64,000 nt of DNA from Hyphobacterium sp. (GTDB lineage Bacteria; Pseudomonadota; Alphaproteobacteria; Caulobacterales; Maricaulaceae), in the NCBI RefSeq assembly GCF_965228115.1, contig NZ_OZ245794.1, positions 2,335,926 to 2,399,925 on the forward strand, given 5' to 3'. Positions 60,225-64,000 of this stretch are shown here, one piece after another; positions within the stretch are counted from its first letter, which is position 1, and each line of letters starts with the position of its first letter. The position numbers and the translations under genes are program-made. The notes beneath the pieces were generated by a model. The model was not told where the DNA came from. It made no database searches and worked only from the letters and a program-made list of their open reading frames with translations.

Positions 60225-60674
60225 ATGAAAGACGCGCTCTATTCCAGCGAGATTTTGAGGCTCGCCGCGGAGATTCCGCATATCGGACGGCTCGACCGGC
60301 CCGACGGTTCCGCGCGCCGTGTGTCCCGCCTTTGCGGGTCCGCGGTGGAAGTCAGCCTGCGTCTGGAAAACGACCGGATTGCTGAAATCGGCCTCGAGGT
60401 CAAAGCCTGCGCCTTGGGGCAGGCTTCCGCGTCCCTGCTGGGCGCGAATGCCATCGGCGCATCCGTCGACGATATTCGCGACGCCCGCGAGGCGCTGGCC
60501 GCCATGCTGAAAGGCGCCCCCGCCCCGGAAGGCCGGTTTGCCGGCTTGTCGGCTCTGGAAAGCGCGCGTGATTATCCCGCGCGCCATGCGTCCATCCGGC
60601 TGGCCTTTGAGGCCGCCGAAGAGGCGTTTAAACAAGCGCTTGATACCACAACCCTGACCACCGCAACCGGCTAG
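60225..60674 (+). CDS. NifU-N/IscU-like iron-sulfur cluster scaffold homologue
   Basis: RLCGSAVEV...KACALGQASASLL is a pattern seen in SufU/IscU-like proteins. Confidence 0.6.
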   Translation: MKDALYSSEILRLAAEIPHIGRLDRPDGSARRVSRLCGSAVEVSLRLENDRIAEIGLEVKACALGQASASLLGANAIGASVDDIRDAREALAAMLKGAPAPEGRFAGLSALESARDYPARHASIRLAFEAAEEAFKQALDTTTLTTATG

Positions 60675-60790
60675 GGCCGGTGGCGTCTGCCAAGCCAGCA
60701 GACACCAGCCCGCCGGTCCGGAAATTCCCAAACCGAACAAAGTTTTATACACAGCCGGTCGAAAACCCGGTGATCAGGATCAACAAACCC

Positions 60791-61141
60791 ATGAGCGAAG
60801 CCTCGTTCAGACCCTTCAGCGCGATATTGATCGCGGCGGTGCGTGTTTATCAATGGACGCTCTCGCCGGTATTTTATGCGCTGGGCGTGCGCTGCCGTCA
60901 TGAGCCGACCTGTTCGGCCTATGGTGCAGATTGCGTGCGCAAGCAGGGGGCCTGGCGGGGTATCTGGTTAACGCTGGGACGCATTGCAAGATGCCGCCCG
61001 GGGGGCACGCATGGCTTTGATCCAGCACCGGAAAAACTGAATGACGTGCCCTGGTGGGCACTTAACCGCTTTCGCCTGCCGCGCGAAGCGGCTAGGAAGC
61101 CTTCAAACGGCCGGTCCGAACAACAGGACGAAGAAATATGA
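60791..61141 (+). CDS. yidD: Membrane protein insertion efficiency factor YidD
   Basis: RVYQWTLSP....[15 protein letters not shown]...[21 protein letters not shown]. The stop overlaps the thrS ATG (ATGA). The start is uncertain; the track ORF begins at 60680. Confidence 0.8.
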   Translation: MSEASFRPFSAILIAAVRVYQWTLSPVFYALGVRCRHEPTCSAYGADCVRKQGAWRGIWLTLGRIARCRPGGTHGFDPAPEKLNDVPWWALNRFRLPREAARKPSNGRSEQQDEEI

Positions 61142-63069
61142 TCAATGTAACGCTGCCCGATGGCGCGGTCCGGGAACTCCCCGAAGGCGCAAGCCCGATG
61201 GACCTCGCAGAGGGCATTTCGAAATCGCTCGCCAAAAAGGCGATCATTGCCAAAGTCGATGGCGAGGAATGGGACTTAACACGCCCGCTGGAAGGCGACG
61301 CAAAGGTCGAGCTGATCACCCGCGACATGGACGAAGCGCTTGAAGTGATCCGGCATGATGCCGCCCATGTACTGGCGCAAGCCGTGCAGGAGCTCTTCCC
61401 CGGCACGCAGGTCACAATCGGCCCGGCCATTGAAGATGGCTTCTATTATGACTTTGCCCGCGAAGAGCCCTTCTCGACGGAGGATTTCGAAGCGATCGAA
61501 AAGCGCATGGCCGAGATCGTCGATCGCGATCTGCCCTTCGTGCGCGAAGTCTGGGATCGCGATGACGCGATTGCCCACTTTAAGAGCATTGGCGAGGACT
61601 ACAAAGCCGAGCTGATCAGCGATCTGCCGGAAGATGAGGTCATCACGATCTATCGCCAGGGCGAGTGGATTGACTTGTGCCGCGGACCGCACCTGCCCTC
61701 AACGGGCAAGATCGGCAAAGCCTTTAAGCTGATGAAGGTGGCCGGTGCCTATTGGCGCGGCGATCATCGCAACGCCATGCTGCAACGCATTTACGGGACG
61801 GCCTGGGCGGATGACAAACAGCTGAAAGCCCATCTGCATCGCCTGGAAGAGGCTGCCAAGCGCGACCACCGTAATCTTGGTCGCGATATGGACCTGTTCC
61901 ATATGCAGGAAGAGGGGCCCGGTGCCGTCTTTTGGCATGACAAGGGCTGGCGGCTCTTCCAGTCACTGATCAACTATATGCGGCGTCGTCAGGAAGCCGC
62001 TGGCTATACGGAAATCAATACGCCGGACATGCTCGATTACGGCTTGTGGGAAACCTCGGGCCACGCCGCCAAATTCGGCGAGAACATGTATTCGCTGCTG
62101 GCGGCTGACGAGCGCAAATATGCGCTTAAACCTATGAATTGCCCGGGCGGCATTCAGGTGTTCGCGCATGGCCAGAAATCCTATCGCGACTTGCCGATGC
62201 GGGTGGCCGAGTTTGGCAAGGTGCATCGCTATGAGCCATCAGGGGCTCTGCATGGCCTGATGCGTGTTCGCCACTTCACGCAAGATGATGCGCATATCTA
62301 CTGCACGCCGGAGCAGCTGCAGGAAGAGTGCATCCGTGTGGTGGATCTTATTCTCGATATTTATCGGGATTTCGGCTTTGATGACGTCGCCATCAAATTC
62401 TCGGATCGTCCTGAACAGCGGGTCGGCGATGATGCGGCCTGGGACAAGTCCGAAGCGGCCTTGAAAGCCGCTTTGGAAGCGACGGGCTTGCCGTTTTCCT
62501 ATAATCCGGGTGAGGGCGCGTTTTATGGTCCGAAGCTGGAATTTGTGCTGCGCGATGCGATTGGCCGCGACTGGCAGTGCGGTACGTTGCAGGTGGATTA
62601 TAACCTGCCCGCCCGCTTTGATATTGCCTATACAGGTGAAGACGGATCCAAGCATCAGCCGGTCATGTTACACCGGGCCTTGTTTGGCTCGCTGGAGCGT
62701 TTCACGGGCATTCTGATCGAGCATTATGCGGGCAAATTCCCGCTCTGGCTGGCCCCGCTTCAGGTCGTGGTCGCGACGATCACATCCGAGGCCGATGAAT
62801 ATGCCGAAGAGGTTGCCGCGGTGTTCAAGAAGGCGGGACTTCGCGTCGAAGCGGATACGCGCAATGAGAAGATCAATTACAAAGTCCGCGAACATTCGGT
62901 CGGCAAAGTGCCGGTGATTGCCGTTGTCGGCGCCCGCGAAGCCGAGAACCGCAAGGTGGCCCTCCGCTTCCTGGGCGAGGGTAACAAGCAACAGGAAATC
63001 CTCGATCTGGATGTGGCCGCTGCCCAGCTGGCCGATGAGGCCACGCCGCCAGATCTCAAACGGGGCTGA
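61138..63069 (+). CDS. thrS: Threonine--tRNA ligase
   Basis: 643 aa with a TGS domain N-terminus (MINVTLPDG), the class II core ([11 protein letters not shown]) and an anticodon-binding C-terminus. Confidence 0.97.
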   Translation: MINVTLPDGAVRELPEGASPMDLAEGISKSLAKKAIIAKVDGEEWDLTRPLEGDAKVELITRDMDEALEVIRHDAAHVLAQAVQELFPGTQVTIGPAIEDGFYYDFAREEPFSTEDFEAIEKRMAEIVDRDLPFVREVWDRDDAIAHFKSIGEDYKAELISDLPEDEVITIYRQGEWIDLCRGPHLPSTGKIGKAFKLMKVAGAYWRGDHRNAMLQRIYGTAWADDKQLKAHLHRLEEAAKRDHRNLGRDMDLFHMQEEGPGAVFWHDKGWRLFQSLINYMRRRQEAAGYTEINTPDMLDYGLWETSGHAAKFGENMYSLLAADERKYALKPMNCPGGIQVFAHGQKSYRDLPMRVAEFGKVHRYEPSGALHGLMRVRHFTQDDAHIYCTPEQLQEECIRVVDLILDIYRDFGFDDVAIKFSDRPEQRVGDDAAWDKSEAALKAALEATGLPFSYNPGEGAFYGPKLEFVLRDAIGRDWQCGTLQVDYNLPARFDIAYTGEDGSKHQPVMLHRALFGSLERFTGILIEHYAGKFPLWLAPLQVVVATITSEADEYAEEVAAVFKKAGLRVEADTRNEKINYKVREHSVGKVPVIAVVGAREAENRKVALRFLGEGNKQQEILDLDVAAAQLADEATPPDLKRG

Positions 63070-63076
63070 TGAGGAC

Positions 63077-64000
63077 ATGGTAACTGCCGCATCCGATAAG
63101 GGCCAGGCCCGGGCCGGAATTGCGGCGGTTATCTTCCTTTTCCTGTGTGGGCTGGGCGCGGGGTCCGGCGGCCTGCCCATACCGCCGATCGTCGCGCTCG
63201 CCGGGATCATCGCCATGCCCTGGCGGCAGATTTTGGCATTGAAGAAAGATCCACCCTGGGAAGTTCTGCTGGGTGTGCTTTTCCTGCTCTGGGCGGCCTT
63301 GAGCTGGACCTGGTCGCCTTATGAACGCCCCGATCAGGCGATAAAACTCCTGGTCGGAGTCCCGATCTATGCCGCTTTTGCGTTTGCCCTGTCGAACCTG
63401 ACAGGGAAGTGGAAGTCGCGCGCCGAAGCGGCCTTCCTGTTTATGACCTTCACTGCGGCGCTCTACCTGTTTTCGGAGTTCGTCAACAATATGGATTCCA
63501 CAATTGCCTATAAAACCGGCGCGGAAAACAAGGACCCGACCACACCGGAAGTCCAGTTTGAGGCCATGCGCACACTAGGCCATGGCGTCTTGCCACTGGT
63601 CTTGTTTGCCGGACCCGCGGCTGCGCTCGCCTGGCGGGAAGGCGGCCCACTAATTGGTCTGCTTTTACTGGCAATCGTTGGAATGACGACCCTTGGTTTC
63701 GGCTTTTATGTAAACACGCTGGCCTTTGCATTGGCGGCTGGCATTGCGGCGCTGGCTTATTTCTGGCCGCGCGGCGTTTTGTCAGCCGTCTTTGGCTGCA
63801 TTGCGGGCGCCTTTGTAGTGACACCCCTTATCCTGCCCTCGCTGGCGCAAATCCTGCCCCAGGGCGTGATGGATGCTCTCCCCTTTTCCTGGGAGGCGCG
63901 TTTGAACGTCTGGCAGTTTGCGGGTGACCGGCTTGCAGAGCGGCCCTGGCTGGGTTGGGGGCTGGATGCCTCACGTGTCCTGGACGGGGTCGAAATTATG
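63077..64000 (+). CDS. O-antigen ligase-like (Wzy_C) polytopic membrane protein; runs off the right edge
   Basis: My own translation from ATG 63077 (GAGGA SD) gives MVTAASDKGQARAGIAAVIFLFLCGL.. and stays open for all 308 codons to the edge. It is multi-TM, and the late motif ERPWLGWGLDASR resembles the conserved O-antigen-ligase loop. It is not in the ORF track because it is unterminated. Confidence 0.5.
   Translation, partial: MVTAASDKGQARAGIAAVIFLFLCGLGAGSGGLPIPPIVALAGIIAMPWRQILALKKDPPWEVLLGVLFLLWAALSWTWSPYERPDQAIKLLVGVPIYAAFAFALSNLTGKWKSRAEAAFLFMTFTAALYLFSEFVNNMDSTIAYKTGAENKDPTTPEVQFEAMRTLGHGVLPLVLFAGPAAALAWREGGPLIGLLLLAIVGMTTLGFGFYVNTLAFALAAGIAALAYFWPRGVLSAVFGCIAGAFVVTPLILPSLAQILPQGVMDALPFSWEARLNVWQFAGDRLAERPWLGWGLDASRVLDGVEIM

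Overview
A 64-kb chromosomal segment from an alphaproteobacterium of about 60% GC. The gene order ruvC-ruvA-(x)-ruvB / ybgC-tolQ-tolR-tolA-tolB-pal-cpoB / tilS-ftsH-folP is the classical alphaproteobacterial layout. It looks Caulobacterales/Hyphomonadaceae-like, but I cannot prove that from the sequence. I call about 65 protein genes, mostly housekeeping: tkt, ruvCAB, the tol-pal cluster, ftsH, folP, thiD, serC, purA, thiC, rpoH, rluD, folE, cysS and thrS. I found no rRNA, tRNA, transposase, integrase or CRISPR array. Many long ORFs in the track are antisense shadows typical of GC-rich DNA and are rejected below. The stretches that stand out are these. (1) A minus-strand operon at 2.4-4.6 kb: two tandem Tat-signal proteins built almost entirely of TDSDxGxYADPxGxGR repeats, followed by a YcfD/RoxA-type cupin-4/JmjC oxygenase, with two Fur-box-like sites and a perfect 7-6-7 palindrome upstream. 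This is my best candidate for an undescribed system (cytoplasmic hydroxylation, then Tat export, possibly iron-regulated). (2) Three translationally coupled paralogues sharing a conserved N-terminal anchor (DUF6090-like) at 22.7-25.0 kb. (3) A TPP riboswitch that does not sit directly before thiC. It heads a packed five-gene operon (YjbR-like, DJ-1/PfpI, lipoprotein, thiC, 141-aa protein). (4) An 868-nt gene-free, hairpin-rich spacer between two convergent 3' ends at 43.5-44.4 kb, including three REP-like palindromes. (5) A secreted S1 protease with 4-Cys acidic repeats, next to a divergent Arg-rich secreted protein. (6) An EamA transporter broken by a single-base frameshift in a homopolymer. 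All family assignments come from reading motifs by eye; no searches were run.
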